Counted from the first letter of the stretch, positions 30,001 through 45,000 are shown. The stretch is 64,000 nucleotides of DNA from Octopus vulgaris (GCA_951406725.2 CATOCA020000001.1:10292001-10356000); one strand, 5' to 3'. A program made the numbers and translations. Notes: generated from the letters alone by a model not told the origin.

Positions 30001-33000
30001 AACAAGGTAAATACCTAGTAAGTCTGTAGCTTGTGCAGAATCCGGTGCTCCCGTAGGTACATCAGAACAAGGTAAATACCTAGTAAGTCTGTAGCTTGTG
30101 CAGAGTCCGGTGCTCCCGTAGGTACATCAGAACAAGGTAAATACCTAGTAAGTCTGTAGCTTGTGCAGAGTCCGGTGCTCCCGTAGGTACATCAGAACAA
30201 GGTAAATACCTAGTAAGTCTGTAGCTTGTGCAGAGTCCGGTGCTCCCGTAGGTACATCAGAACAAGGTAAATACCTAGTAAGTCTGTAGCTTGTGCAGAG
30301 TCCGGTGCTCCCGTAGGTACATCAGAACAAGGTAAATACCTAGTAAGTCTGTACTTGTGCAGAGTCCGGTGCTCCCGTAGGTACATCAGAACAAGGTAAT
30401 ACCTAGTAAGTCTTTAGCTTGTGCAGAATCCGGTGCTCCGTAGGTACATCAGAACAAGGTAAATACCTAGTAAGTCTGTAGCTTGTGCAGAGTCCGGTGC
30501 TCCCGTAGGTACATCAGAACAAGGTAAATACCTAGTAAGTCTGTAGCTTGTGCAGAGTCCGGTGCTCCCGTAGGTACATCAGAACAAGGTAAATAGTCTA
30601 GTAAGTCTGTAGCTTGTGCAGAGTCCGGTGCTCCCGTAGGTACATCAGAACAAGGTAAATACCTAGTAAGTCTGTAGCTTGTGCAGAGTCCGGTGCTCCC
30701 GTAGGTACATCAGAACAAGGTAAATACCTAGTAAGTCTGTAGCTTGTGCAGAATCCGGTGCTCCCGTAGGTACATCAGAACAAGGTAAATACCTAGTAAG
30801 TCTGTAGCTTGTGCAGAGTCCGGTGCTCCCCGTAGGTACATCAGAACAAGGTAAATACCTAGTAAGTCTGTAGCTTGTGCAGAGTCCGGTGCTCCCGTAG
30901 GTACATCAGAACAAGGTAAATACCTAGTAAGTCTGTAGCTTGTGCAGAGTCCGTGCTCCCGTAGGTACATCAGAACAAGGTAAATACCTAGTAAGTCTGT
31001 AGCTTGTGCAGAGTCCGGTGCTCCCGTAGGTACATAAGAAAAAGGTAAATACCTAGTAAGTCTGTAGCTTGTGCAGAGTCCGGTGCTCCCGTAGGTACAT
31101 CAGAACAAAGTAAATACCTAGTAAGTCTTTAGCTTGTGCAGAATCCGGTGCTCCTGTAGGTACATCAGAACAAGGTAAATACCTAGTAAGTCTGTAGCTT
31201 GTGCAGAATCCGGTGCTCCCGTAGGTACATCAGAACAAGGTAAATACCTAGTAAGTCTGTAGCTTGTGCAGAGTCCGGTGCTCCCGTAGGTACATCAGAA
31301 CAAGGTAAATACCTAGTAAGTCTGTAGCTTGTGCAGAGTCCGGTGTCCGTAGTACATCAGAAAGTACCGGTGCGATCGTGCCCGTAGGTACATCAGAACA
31401 AGGTAAATACCTAGTAAGTCTGTAGCTTGTGCAGAGTCCGGTGCTCCCGTAGGTACATCAGAACAAGGTAAATACCTAGTAAGTCTGTACTTGTGCAGAG
31501 TCCGGTGCTCCCGTAGGTACATCAGAACAAGGTAAATACCTAGTAAGTCTGTAGCTTGTGCAGAGTCCGGTGCTCCCGTAGGTACATCAGAACAAGGTAA
31601 ATACCTAGTAAGTCTGTACCTTGTGCAGAGTCCGGTGCTCCCGTAGGTACATCAGAAAAAGGTAAAAACCTAGTAAGTCTTTAGCTTGTGCAGAATCCGG
31701 TGCTCTCGTAGGTACATCAGAACAAGGTAAATACCTAGTAAGTCTGTAGCTTTTGCAGAATCCGCTGCTCCCGTAGGTACATCAGAACAAGGTAAATACC
31801 TAGTAAGTCTGTAGCTTGTGCAGAATCCGGTGTTCCCGTAGGTACATCAGAGCAAGGTAAATACCTAGTCAGTCTGTATCTTGTGCAGAGTCCGGTGCTC
31901 CCGTAGGTACATAAGAGCAAGGTAAATACCTAGTCAGTCTGTATCATGTGCAGAGTCTGGTGCTCCCGTAGGTACATCAGAACAAGGTAAATACCTAGTA
32001 ATCCTGTACCTTGTGCAGAGTCCGGTGCTCCCGTAGGTACATCAGAAAAAAGGTAAATACCTAGTAAGTCTTTAGCTTGTGCAGAATCCGGTGCTCTCGT
32101 AGGTACATCAGAACAAGGTAAATACCTAGTAAGTCTTTATCTTTTGCAGAGTCCGTTGCTCCCGCATGTACATCAGAACAAGGTAAATAGCTAGTAAGTC
32201 TGTAGCTTGTGCAGAGACCAGTGCTCCCGTAGGTACATCAGAACAAGGTAAATAGCTAGTAAGTCTGTAGCTTGTGCAGAGTCCGGTGCTCCCGTAGGTA
32301 CATCAGAACAAGGTAAATACCTAGTAAGTCTGTAGCTTGTGCAGAATCCGGTGATCCCGTAGGTACATCAGAGCAAGGTAAATACCTAGTAAGTCTGTAG
32401 CTTGTGCAGAATCCGGTGCTCCCGTAGGTACATCAGAAAAAGGTAAATACCTAGTAAGTCTTTAAATTGTGCAGAATCCGGTGCGCTCGTAGGCACATCA
32501 GAACAAGGTATATACCTAGTAAGTCTGTAGCTTGTGCAGAGTCCGGTGCTCCCCTAGGTACATCAGAACAAGGTAAATACCTAGTAAGTCTGTAGCTTGT
32601 GCAGAATCCGGTGCTCCCGTAGGTACATCAGAACAAGGTAAATACCTAGTAAGTCTGTAGCTTGTGCAGAATCCGGTGCCCGTAGGTACATCAGAACAAG
32701 GTAAATACCTAGTAAGTCTGTAGCTTGTGCAGAGTCCGGTGCTCCCGTAGGTACATCAGAACAAGGTAAATACCTAGTAAGTCTGTAGCTTGTGCAGAGT
32801 CCGGTGCTCCCGTAGGTACATCAGAACAAGGTAAATACCTAGTAAGTCTGTAGCTTGTGCAGAGTCCGGTGCTCCCGTAGGTACATCAGAACAAGGTAAA
32901 TACCTAGTAAGTCTGTAGCTTGTGCAGAGACCGGTGCTCCCGTAGGTACATCAGAACAAGGTATATACCTAGTAAGTCTGTAGCTTGTGCAGAGACCGGT

Positions 33001-36000
33001 GCTCCCGTATATACATCAGAACAAGGTAAATACCTAGTAAGTCTGTACCTTGTGCAGAGTCCGGTGCTCCCGTAGGTACATTAGAAAAAGGTAAATACCT
33101 AGTAAGTCTGTAGCTTGTGCAGAATCCGTTGCGCTCGTAGGTACATCAGAACAAGTTATATACCTAGTAAGTCTGTAGCTTGTGCAGAGTCCAGTGCTCC
33201 CGTAGGTACATCAGAACAAGGTAAATACCTAGTAAGTCTGTAGCTTGTGCAGAGTCCGGTGCTCCCGTAGGTACATCAGAACAAGGTAAATAGCTAGTAA
33301 GTCTGTAGCTTGTGCAGAGTCCGTTGCTCCCGTAGGTACATCAGAACAAGGTAAATACCTAGTAAGTCTGTAGCTTGTGCAGAATCCGGTGCTCCCGTAG
33401 GTACATCAGAACAAGGTAAATACCTAGTAAGTCTGTACCTTGTGCAGAGTCCGGTGCTCCCGTAGGTACATCAGAAAAAGGTAAATACCTAGTAAGTCTT
33501 TAAATTTGCAGAATCCGGTGTGCTCGTAGGCACATCAGAACAAGGTATATACCTAGTAAGTCTGTAGCTTGTGCAGAGTCCGGTGCTCCCGTAGGTACAT
33601 CAGAACAAGGTAAATAACTAGTAAGTCTGTAGCTTGTGCAGAGTCCGGTGCCCCCATAGGTACATCAGGACAAGGTAAATACCTAGTAAGTCTGTAGCTT
33701 GTGCAGAGACCAATGCTCCCGTAGGTACATCAGAACAAGTTATATACCTAGTAAGTCTGTAGCTTGTGCAGAGTCCGGTTCTTCCGTAGGTACATCAGAA
33801 CAAGGTAAATACCTAGTAAGTCTGTAGCTTGTGCAGAGTCCGGTGCTCCCGTAGGTACATCAGAACAAGGTAAATAGCTAGTAAGTCTGTAGCTTGTGCA
33901 GAGTCCGGTGCTCCCGTAGGTACATCAGAAAAAGGTAAATACCTAGTAAGTCTTTAACTTTGCAGAATCCGGTGCGCTCGTAGGCACATCAGAACAAGGT
34001 ATATACCTAGTAAGTCTGTAGCTTGTGCAGAGTCCGGTGCTCCCGTAGGTACATCAGAACAAGGTAAATAACTAGTAAGTCATTAGCTTGTGCAGAGACC
34101 GGTGCTCCCGTAGGTACATCAGAACAAGGTAAATACCTAGTAAGTATGTAGCTTGTGCAGAGACCGGTGCTCCCGTAGGTACATCAGAAAAAGATAAATA
34201 CCTAGCAAGTCTGTAGCTTGTGCAAAGTTAGGTGCCCCCATAGGTACATCAGGACAAAGTAAATACCTAGTAAGTCTGTAGCTTGTGCAGAGACCAATGC
34301 TCCCGTAGGTATATCAGAACAAGTTATATACCTAGTAAGTCTTTAGCTTGTGCAGAGTCCGGTTCTTCCGTAGGTACATCACAACAAGGTAAATACCTAG
34401 TAAGTCTGTACCTTGTGCAGAATCCGGTGCTCCCGTAGGTACATTAGAAAAAGGTAAATACCTAGTAAGTCTGTAGCTTGTGCAGAATCCGTTGCGCTCG
34501 TAGGTACATCAGAACAAGTTATATAACTAGTAAGTCTGTAGCTTGTGCAGAGTCCGGTGCTCCCGTAGGTACATCAGAACAAGGTAAATAGCTACTAAGT
34601 CTGTAGCTTGTGCAGAGTCCGGTGCTCCCGTAGGTACACAGAACAAGGTAAATACCTAGTAAGTCTGTAGCTTGTGCAGAATCCGGTGTTCCCGTAGGTA
34701 CATCAGAGCAAGGTAAATACCTAGTAAGTCTGTAGCTTGTGCAGAGTCCGGTGCTCCCGTAGGTACATCAGAACAAGGTAAATAGCTAGTAAGTCTGTAG
34801 CTTGTGCAGAGTCCGGTGCTCCCGTAGGTACATCAGAACAAGGTAAATACCTAGTAAGTCTGTAGCTTGTGCAGAATCCGGTGTTCCCGTAGGTACATCA
34901 GAGCAAGTTAAATACCTAGTAAGTCTGTACCTTGTGCAGAGTTCGGTGCTCCCGTAGGTACATCAGAAAAAGGTAAATACCTAGTAAGTCTTTAGCTTGT
35001 GCAGAATCCGGTGCGCCCGTAGGTCCATCAGAACAAGGTATATATCTAATAAGTCTATAGCTTGTGCAGAGTCCGGTGCTCCCATAGGTACATCAGAACA
35101 AGGTAAATACCTAGTAAGTCTGTAGCTTGTGCGGAATCCGGTGTTCCCGTAGGTACATCAGAACAAGGTAAATACCTAGTAAGTCTGTACCTTGTGCAGA
35201 GTCCGGTGCTCCCGTAGGTACATCAGAAAAAGGTAAATATGCCTAGTAAGTCTTTAGCGTTGCAGAATCCGGTGCGCTCGTAGGTACATCAGAAGAAGGT
35301 ATATACCTAGTAAGTCAGTAGCTTGTTCAGAGTCCGGTGCTCCCGTAGGTACATCAGAACAAGGTAAATAATTAGTAGGTCTGTAGCTTGTGCAGAGACC
35401 GGTGCTCCCGTAGGTACATCAGAACAAGGTAAATACCTAGTAAGTCTGTAGCTTGTGCAGAGTCCGGTGCTCCCGTAGGTACATCAGAACAAGGTAAATA
35501 CCTAGTAAGTCTGTAGCTTGTGCAGAGTCCGGTGCTCCCGTAGGTACATCAGAACAAGGTAAATACCTAGTAAGTCTGTAGCTTGTGCAGAGTCCGGTGC
35601 TCCCGTAGGTACATCAGAACAAGGTAAATACCTAGTAAGTCTGTAGCTTGTGCAGAGTCCGGTGCTCCCGTAGGTACATCAGAACAAGGTAAATACCTAG
35701 TAAGTCTGTAGCTTGTGCAGAGTCCGGTGCTCCCGTAGGTACATCAGAACAAGGTAAATACCTAGTAAGTCTGTAGCTTGTGCAGAGTCCGGTGCTCCCG
35801 TAGGTACATCAGAACAAGGTAAATACCTAGTAAGTCTGTAGCTTGTGCAGAGTCCGGTGCTCCCGTAGGTACATCAGAACAAGGTAAATACCTAGTAAGT
35901 CTGTAGCTTGTGCAGAGTCCGGTGCTCCCGTAGGTACATCAGAACAAGGTAAATACCTAGTAAGTCTGTAGCTTGTGCAGAGTCCGGTGCTCCCGTAGGT

Positions 36001-39000
36001 ACATCAGAACAAGGTAAATACCTAGTAAGTCTGTAGCTTGTGCAGAGTCCGGTGCTCCCGTAGGTACATCAGAACAAGGTAAATACCTAGTAAGTCTGTA
36101 GCTTGTGCAGAATCCGGTGCTCCCGTAGGTACATCAGAACAAGGTAAATACCTAGTAAGTCTGTAGCTTGTGCAGAATCCGGTGCTCCCGTAGGTACATC
36201 AGAACAAGGTAAATACCTAGTAAGTCTGTAGCTTGTGCAGAGTCCGGTGCTCCCGTAGGTACATCAGAACAAGGTAAATACCTAGTAAGTCTGTAGCTTG
36301 TGCAGAGTCCGGTGCTCCCGTAGGTACATCAGAACAAGGTAAATACCTAGTAAGTCTGTAGCTTGTGCAGAGTCCGGTGCTCCCGTAGGTACATCAGAAC
36401 AAGGTAAATACCTAGTAAGTCTGTAGCTTGTGCAGAGTCCGGTGCTCCCGTAGGTACATCAGAACAAGGTAAATACCTAGTAAGTCTGTAGCTTGTGCAG
36501 AGTCCGGTGCTCCCGTAGGTACATCAGAACAAGGTAAATACCTAGTAAGTCTGTAGCTTGTGCAGAGTCCGGTGCTCCCGTAGGTACATCAGAAAAAGGT
36601 AAATACCTAGTAAGTCTGTAGCTTGTGCAGAATCCGGTGCTCCCGTAGGTACATCAGAACAAGGTAAATACCTAGTAAGTCTGTAGCTTGTGCAGAGTCC
36701 GGTGCTCCCGTAGGTACATCAGAACAAGGTAAATACCTAGTAAGTCTGTAGCTTGTGCAGAATCCGGTGCTCCCGTAGGTACATCAGAACAAGGTAAATA
36801 CCTAGTAAGTCTGTAGCTTTGCAGAGTCCGGTGCTCCCGTAGGTACATCAGAACAAGGTAAATACCTAGTAAGTCTGTAGCTTGTGCAGAGTCCGGTGCT
36901 CCCGTAGGTACATCAGAACAAGGTAAATACCTAGTAAGTCTGTAGCTTGTGCAGAATCCGGTGCTCCCGTAGGTACATCAGAACAAGGTAAATACCTAGT
37001 AAGTCTGTAGCTTGTGCAGAGTCCGGTGCTCCCGTAGGTACATCAGAACAAGGTAAATACCTAGTAAGTCTGGACCTTGTGCAGAGTCCGGTGCTCCCGT
37101 AGGTACATCAGAACAAGGTAAATACCTAGTAAGTCTGTAGCTTGTGCAGAATCCGGTGCTCCCGTAGGTACATCAGAACAAGGTAAATAACGTGTAAGTC
37201 TGTAGCTTGTGCAGAGTCCGGTGCTCCAATAGGTACATCAGAACAAGGTAAATACCTAGTAAGTCTGTAGCTTGTGCAGAGTCCGGTGCTCCCGTAGGTA
37301 CATCAGAACAAGGTAAATACCTAGTAAGTCTGTAGCTTGTGCAGAGTCCGGTGCTCCCGTAGGTACATCAGAACAAGGTAAATACCTAGTAAGTCTGTAC
37401 TTGTGCAGAGTCCGGTGCTCCCGTAGGTACATCAGAACAAGGTAAATACCTAGTAAGTCTGTAGCTTGTGCAGAATCCGGTGCTCCCGTAGGTACATCAG
37501 AACAAGGTAAATACCTAGTAAGTCTGTAGCTTGTGCAGAGTCCGGTGCTCCCGTAGGTACATCAGAACAAGGTAAATACCTAGTAAGTCTGTAGCTTGTG
37601 CAGAGTCCGGTGCTCCCGTAGGTACATCAGAACAAGGTAAATACCTAGTAAGTCTGTAGCTTGTGCAGAGTCCGGTGCTCCCGTAGGTACATCAGAACAA
37701 GGTAAATACCTAGTAAGTCTGTAGCTTGTGCAGAGTCCGGTGCTCCCGTAGGTACATCAGAACAAGGTAAATACCTAGTAAGTCTGTAGCTTGTGCAGAG
37801 TCCGGTGCTCCCGTAGGTACATCAGAACAAGGTAAATACCTAGTAAGTCTGTAGCTTGTGCAGAATCCGGTGCTCCCGTAGGTACATCAGAACAAGGTAA
37901 ATACCTAGTAAGTCTGTAGCTTGTGCAGAGTCCGGTGCTCCCGTAGGTACATCAGAACAAGGTAAATACCTAGTAAGTCTGTAGCTTGTGCAGAATCCGG
38001 TGCTCCCGTAGGTACATCAGAACAAGGTAAATACCTAGTAAGTCTGTAGCTTGTGCAGAGTCCGGTGCTCCCGTAGGTACATCAGAACAAGGTAAATACC
38101 TAGTAAGTCTGTAGCTTGTGCAGAGTCCGGTGCTCCCGTAGGTACATCAGAACAAGGTAAATACCTAGTAAGTCTGTAGCTTGTGCAGAGTCCGGTGCTC
38201 CCGTAGGTACATCAGAACAAGGTAAATACCAGTAAGTCTGTAGCTTGTGCAGAATCCGGTGCTCCCGTAGGTACATCAGAACAAGGTAAATACCTAGTAA
38301 GTCTGTATCTTGTGCAGAGTCCGGTGCTCCCGTAGGTACATCAGAACAAGGTAAATACCTAGTAAGTCTGTATCTTGTGCAGAATCCGGTGCTCCCGTAG
38401 GTACATCAGAACAAGGTAAATACCTAGTAAGTCTGTAGCTTGTGCAGAGTCCGGTGCTCCCGTAGGTACATCAGAACAAGGTAAATACCTAGTAAGTCTT
38501 TAGCTTGTGCAGAATCCGGTGCTCCCGTAGGTACATCAGAACAAGGTAAATACCTAGTAAGTCTGTAGCTTGTGCAGAGTCCGGTGCTCCCGTAGGTACA
38601 TCAGAACAAGGTAAATACCTAGTAAGTCTGTAGCTTGTGCAGAGTCCGGTGCTCCCGTAGGTACATCAGAACAAGGTAAATACCTAGTAAGTCTGTAGCT
38701 TGTGCAGAGTCCGGTGCTCCCGTAGGTACATCAGAACAAGGTAAATACCTAGTAAGTCTGTAGCTTGTGCAGAGTCCGGTGCTCCCGTAGGTACATCAGA
38801 ACAAGGTAAATACCTAGTAAGTCTGTAGCTTGTGCAGAGTCCGGTGCTCCCGTAGGTACATCAGAACAAGGTAAATACCTAGTAAGTCTGTAGCTTGTGC
38901 AGAGTCCGGTGCTCCCGTAGGTACATCAGAACAAGGTAAATACCTAGTAAGTCTGTAGCTTGTGCAGAGTCCGGTGCTCCCGTAGGTACATCAGAACAAG

Positions 39001-42000
39001 GTAAATACCTAGTAAGTCTGTAGCTTGTGCAGAATCCGGTGCTCCCGTAGGTACATCAGAACAAGGTAAATACCTAGTAAGTCTGTAGCTTGTGCAGAAT
39101 CCGGTGCTCCCGTAGGTACATCAGAACAAGGTAAATACCTAGTAAGTCTGTAGCTTGTGCAGAGTCCGGTGCTCCCGTAGGTACATCAGAACAAGGTAAA
39201 TACCTAGTAAGTCTGTAGCTTGTGCAGAGTCCGGTGCTCCCGTAGGTACATCAGAACAAGGTAAATACCTAGTAAGTCTGTAGCTTGTGCAGAGTCCGGT
39301 GCTCCCGTAGGTACATCAGAACAAGGTAAATACCTAGTAAGTCTGTAGCTTGTGCAGAGTCCGGTGCTCCCGTAGGTACATCAGAACAAGGTAAATACCT
39401 AGTAAGTCTGTAGCTTGTGCAGAGTCCGGTGCTCCCGTAGGTACATCAGAACAAGGTAAATACCTAGTAAGTCTGTAGCTTGTGCAGAATCCGGTGCTCC
39501 CGTAGGTACATCAGAACAAGGTAAATACCTAGTAAGTCTGTAGCTTGTGCAGAATCCGGTGCTCCCGTAGGTACATCAGAACAAGGTAAATACCTAGTAA
39601 GTCTGTAGCTTGTGCAGAGTCCGGTGCTCCCGTAGGTACATCAGAACAAGGTAAATACCTAGTAAGTCTGTAGCTTGTGCAGAGTCCGGTGCTCCCGTAG
39701 GTACATCAGAACAAGGTAAATACCTAGTAAGTCTGTAGCTTGTGCAGAGTCCGGTGCTCCCGTAGGTACATCAGAACAAGGTAAATACCTAGTAAGTCTG
39801 TAGCTTGTGCAGAATCCGGTGCTCCCGTAGGTACATCAGAACAAGGTAAATACCTAGTAAGTCTGTAGCTTGTGCAGAATCCGGTGCTCCCGTAGGTACA
39901 TCAGAACAAGGTAAATACCTAGTAAGTCTGTAGCTTGTGCAGAGTCCGGTGCTCCCGTAGGTACATCAGAACAAGGTAAATACCTAGTAAGTCTGTAGCT
40001 TGTGCAGAGTCCGGTGCTCCCGTAGGTACATCAGAACAAGGTAAATACCTAGTAAGTCTGTAGCTTGTGCAGAATCCGGTGCTCCCGTAGGTACATCAGA
40101 ACAAGGTAAATACCTAGTAAGTCTGTAGCTTGTGCAGAGTCCGGTGCTCCCGTAGGTACATCAGAACAAGGTAAATACCTAGTAAGTCTGTAGCTTGTGC
40201 AGAGTCCGGTGCTCCCGTAGGTACATCAGAACAAGGTAAATACCTAGTAAGTCTGTAGCTTGTGCAGAGTCCGGTGCTCCCGTAGGTACATCAGAACAAG
40301 GTAAATACCTAGTAAGTCTGTAGCTTGTGCAGAGTCCGGTGCTCCCGTAGGTACATCAGAACAAGGTAAATACCTAGTAAGTCTGTAGCTTGTGCAGAGT
40401 CCGGTGCTCCCGTAGGTACATCAGAACAAGGTAAATACCTAGTAAGTCTGTAGCTTGTGCAGAGTCCGGTGCTCCCGTAGGTACATCAGAACAAGGTAAA
40501 TACCTAGTAAGTCTGTAGCTTGTGCAGAATCCGGTGCTCCCGTAGGTACATCAGAACAAGGTAAATACCTAGTAAGTCTGTAGCTTGTGCAGAGTCCGGT
40601 GCTCCCGTAGGTACATCAGAACAAGGTAAATACCTAGTAAGTCTGTAGCTTGTGCAGAGTCCGGTGCTCCCGTAGGTACATCAGAACAAGGTAAATACCT
40701 AGTAAGTCTGTAGCTTGTGCAGAGTCCGGTGCTCCCGTAGGTACATCAGAACAAGGTAAATACCTAGTAAGTCTGTAGCTTGTGCAGAGTCCGGTGCTCC
40801 CGTAGGTACATCAGAACAAGGTAAATACCTAGTAAGTCTGTAGCTTGTGCAGAGTCCGGTGCTCCCGTAGGTACATCAGAACAAGGTAAATACCTAGTAA
40901 GTCTGTAGCTTGTGCAGAATCCGGTGCTCCCGTAGGTACATCAGAACAAGGTAAATACCTAGTAAGTCTGTAGCTTGTGCAGAATCCGGTGCTCCCGTAG
41001 GTACATCAGAACAAGGTAAATACCTAGTAAGTCTGTAGCTTGTGCAGAATCCGGTGCTCCCGTAGGTACATCAGAACAAGGTAAATACCTAGTAAGTCTG
41101 TAGCTTGTGCAGAATCCGGTGCTCCCTTAGGTACATCAGAACAAGGTAAATACCTAGTAAGTCTGTAGCTTGTGCAGAGTCCGGTGCTCCCGTAGGTACA
41201 TCAGAACAAGGTAAATACCTAGTAAGTCTGTAGCTTGTGCAGAGTCCGGTGCTCCCGTAGGTACATCAGAACAAGGTAAATACCTAGTAAGTCTGTAGCT
41301 TGTGCAGAGTCCGGTGCTCCCGTAGGTACATCAGAACAAGGTAAATACCTAGTAAGTCTGTAGCTTGTGCAGAGTCCGGTGCTCCCGTAGGTACACAGAA
41401 CAAGGTAAATACCTAGTAAGTCTGTAGCTTGTGCAGAGTCCGGTGCTCCCGTAGGTACATCAGAACAAGGTAAATACCTAGTAAGTCTGTAGCTTGTGCA
41501 GAGACCGGTGCTCCCGTAGGTACATCAGAACAAGGTAAATACCTAGTAAGTCTGTAGCTTGTGCAGAGTCCGGTGCTCCCGTAGGTACATCAGAACAAGG
41601 TAAATACCTAGTAAGTCTGTAGCTTGTGCAGAGTCCGGTGCTCCCGTATGTACATCAGAACAAGGTATATACCTAGTAAGTCTGTAGCTTGTGCAGAATC
41701 CGGTGGTCCCGTAGGTACATCAGAACAAGGTAAATACCTAGTAAGTCTGTAGCTTGTGCAGAGTCCGGTGCTCCCGTAGGTACATCAGAACAAGGTAAAT
41801 ACCTAGTAAGTCTGTAGCTTGTGCAGAATCCGGTGCTCCCGTCGGTACATCAGAACAAGGTAAATACCTAGTAAGTCTGTAGCTTGTGCAGAGTCCGGTG
41901 CCCATGTAGGTACATCAGAACAAGGTAAATACCAAGTAAGTCTGTACCTTGTGCAGAGTCCGGTGCTCCCGTAGGTACATCAGAACAAGGTAAATACCTA

Positions 42001-45000
42001 GTAAGTCTGTAGCTTGTGCAGAGTCCGGTGCTCCCGTAGGTACATCAGAACAAGGTAAATACCTAGTAAGTCTGTAGCTTGTGCAGAGTCCGGTGCTCCC
42101 GTAGGTACATCAGAACAAGGTAAATACCTAGTAAGTCTGTAGCTTGTGCAGAGTCCGGTGCTCCCGTAGGTACATCAGAACAAGGTAAATACCTAGTAAG
42201 TCTGTAGCTTGTGCAGAATCCGGTGCTCCCGTAGGTACATCAGAACAAGGTAAATACCTAGTAAGTCTGTAGCTTGTGCAGAATCCGGTGCTCCCGTAGG
42301 TACATCAGAACAAGGTAAATACCTAGTAAGTCTGTAGCTTGTGCAGAGTCCGGTGCTCCCGTAGGTACATCAGAACAAGGTAAATACCTAGTAAGTCTGT
42401 AGCTTGTGCAGAATCCGGTGCTCCCGTAGGTACATCAGAACAAGGTAAATACCTAGTAAGTCTGTAGCTTGTGCAGAGTCCGGTGCTCCCGTAGGTACAT
42501 CAGAACAAGGTAAATACCTAGTAAGTCTGTAGCTTGTGCAGAATCCGGTGCTCCCGTAGGTACATCAGAACAAGGTAAATACCTAGTAAGTCTGTAGCTT
42601 GTGCAGAGTCCGGTGCTCCCGTAGGTACATCAGAACAAGGTAAATACCTAGTAAGTCTGTAGCTTGTGCAGAATCCGGTGCTCCCGTAGGTACATCAGAA
42701 CAAGGTAAATACCTAGTAAGTCTGTAGCTTGTGCAGAATCCGGTGCTCCCGTAGGTACATCAGAACAAGGTAAATACCTAGTAAGTCTGTAGCTTGTGCA
42801 GAGTCCGGTGCTCCCGTAGGTACATCAGAACAAGGTAAATACCTAGTAAGTCTGTAGCTTGTGCAGAGTCCGGTGCTCCCGTAGGTACATCAGAACAAGG
42901 TAAATACTAGTAAGTCTGTAGCTTGTGCAGAGTCCGGTGCTCCCGTAGGTACATCAGAACAAGGTAAATACCTAGTAAGTCTGTAGCTTGTGCAGAGTCC
43001 GGTGCTCCCGTAGGTACATCAGAACAAGGTAAATACCTAGTAAGTCTGTAGCTTGTGCAGAATCCGGTGCTCCCGTAGGTACATCAGAACAAGGTAAATA
43101 CCTAGTAAGTCTGTAGCTTGTGCAGAATCCGGTGCTCCCGTAGGTACATCAGAACAAGGTAAATACCTAGTAAGTCTGTAGCTTGTGCAGAGTCCGGTGC
43201 TCCCGTAGGTACATCAGAACAAGGTAAATACGAGTCTTACTTGTGCAGAGACATCTAGTAGCTTGTGCAGATCCGGTGCTCCCGTAGGTACATCAGAACA
43301 AGGTAAATACCTAGTAAGTCTGTAGCTTGTGCAGAGTCCGGTGCTCCCGTAGGTACATCAGAACAAGGTAAATACCTAGTAAGTCTGTAGCTTGTGCAGA
43401 ATCCGGTGCTCCCGTAGGTACATCAGAACAAGGTAAATACCTAGTAAGTCTGTAGCTTGTGCAGAGTCCGGTGCTCCCGTAGGTACATCAGAACAAGGTA
43501 AATACCTAGTAAGTCTGTAGCTTGTGCAGAATCCGGTGCTCCCGTAGGTACATCAGAACAAGGTAAATACCTAGTCAGTCTGTAGCTTGTGCAGAGTCCG
43601 GTGCTCCCGTAGGTACATCAGAACAAGGTAAATACCTAGTAAGTCTGTAGCTTGTGCAGAATCCGGTGCTCCCGTAGGTACATCAGAACAAGGTAAATAC
43701 CTAGTAAGTCTGTAGCTTGTGCAGAGTCCGGTGCTCCCGTAGGTACATCAGAACAAGGTAAATACCTAGTAAGTCTGTAGCTTGTGCAGAGTCCGGTGCT
43801 CCCGTAGGTACATCAGAACAAGGTAAATACCTAGTAAGTCTGTAGCTTGTGCAGAATCCGGTGCTCCCGTAGGTACATCAGAACAAGGTAAATACCTAGT
43901 AAGTCTGTAGCTTGTGCAGAGTCCGGTGCTCCCGTAGGTACATCAGAACAAGGTAAATACCTAGTAAGTCTGTAACTTGTGCAGAGTCCGGTGCTCCCGT
44001 AGGTACATCAGAACAAGGTAAATACCTAGTAAGTCTGTAGCTTGTGCAGAGTCCGGTGCTCCCGTAGGTACATCAGAACAAGGTAAATACCTAGTAAGTC
44101 TGTAGCTTGTGCAGAGTCCGGTGCTCCCGTAGGTACATCAGAACAAGGTAAATACCTAGTAAGTCTGTAGCTTGTGCAGAATCCGGTGCTCCCGTAGGTA
44201 CATCAGAACAAGGTAAATACCTAGTAAGTCTGTAGCTTGTGCAGAGTCCGGTGCTCCCGTAGGTACATCAGAACAAGGTAAATACCTAGTAAGTCTGTAG
44301 CTTGTGCAGAGTCCGGTGCTCCCGTAGGTACATCAGAACAAGGTAAATACCTAGTAAGTCTGTAGCTTGTGCAGAGTCCGGTGCTCCCGTAGGTACATCA
44401 GAACAAGGTAAATACCTAGTAAGTCTGTAGCTTGTGCAGAATCCGGTGCTCCCGTAGGTACATCAGAACAAGGTAAATACCTAGTAAGTCTGTAGCTTGT
44501 GCAGCTTGTGCAGAATCCGTGCTCCCGTAGGTACATCAGAACAAGGTAAATACCTAGTAAGTCTGTAGCTTGTGCAGAGTCCGGTGCTCCCGTAGGTACA
44601 TCAGAACAAGGTAAATACCTAGTAAGTCTGTAGCTTGTGCAGAGTCCGGTGCTCCCGTAGGTACATCAGAACAAGGTAAATACCTAGTAAGTCTGTAGCT
44701 TGTGCAGAGTCCGGTGCTCCCGTAGGTACATCAGAACAAGGTAAATACCTAGTAAGTCTGTAGCTTGTGCAGAGTCCGGTGCTCCCGTAGGTACATCAGA
44801 ACAAGGTAAATACCTAGTAAGTCTGTAGCTTGTGCAGAGTCCGGTGCTCCCGTAGGTACATCAGAACAAGGTAAATACCTAGTAAGTCTGTAGCTTGTGC
44901 AGAGTCCGGTGCTCCCGTAGGTACATCAGAACAAGGTAAATACCTAGTAAGTCTGTAGCTTGTGCAGAATCCGGTGCTCCGTAGGTACATCAGAACAAGG

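Noticed and set aside
23490-43262. Scrambled spots near 23490-23530, 31345-31385 and 43231-43262 as insertions
   Set aside because: They consist only of shuffled monomer fragments and most likely reflect consensus errors.
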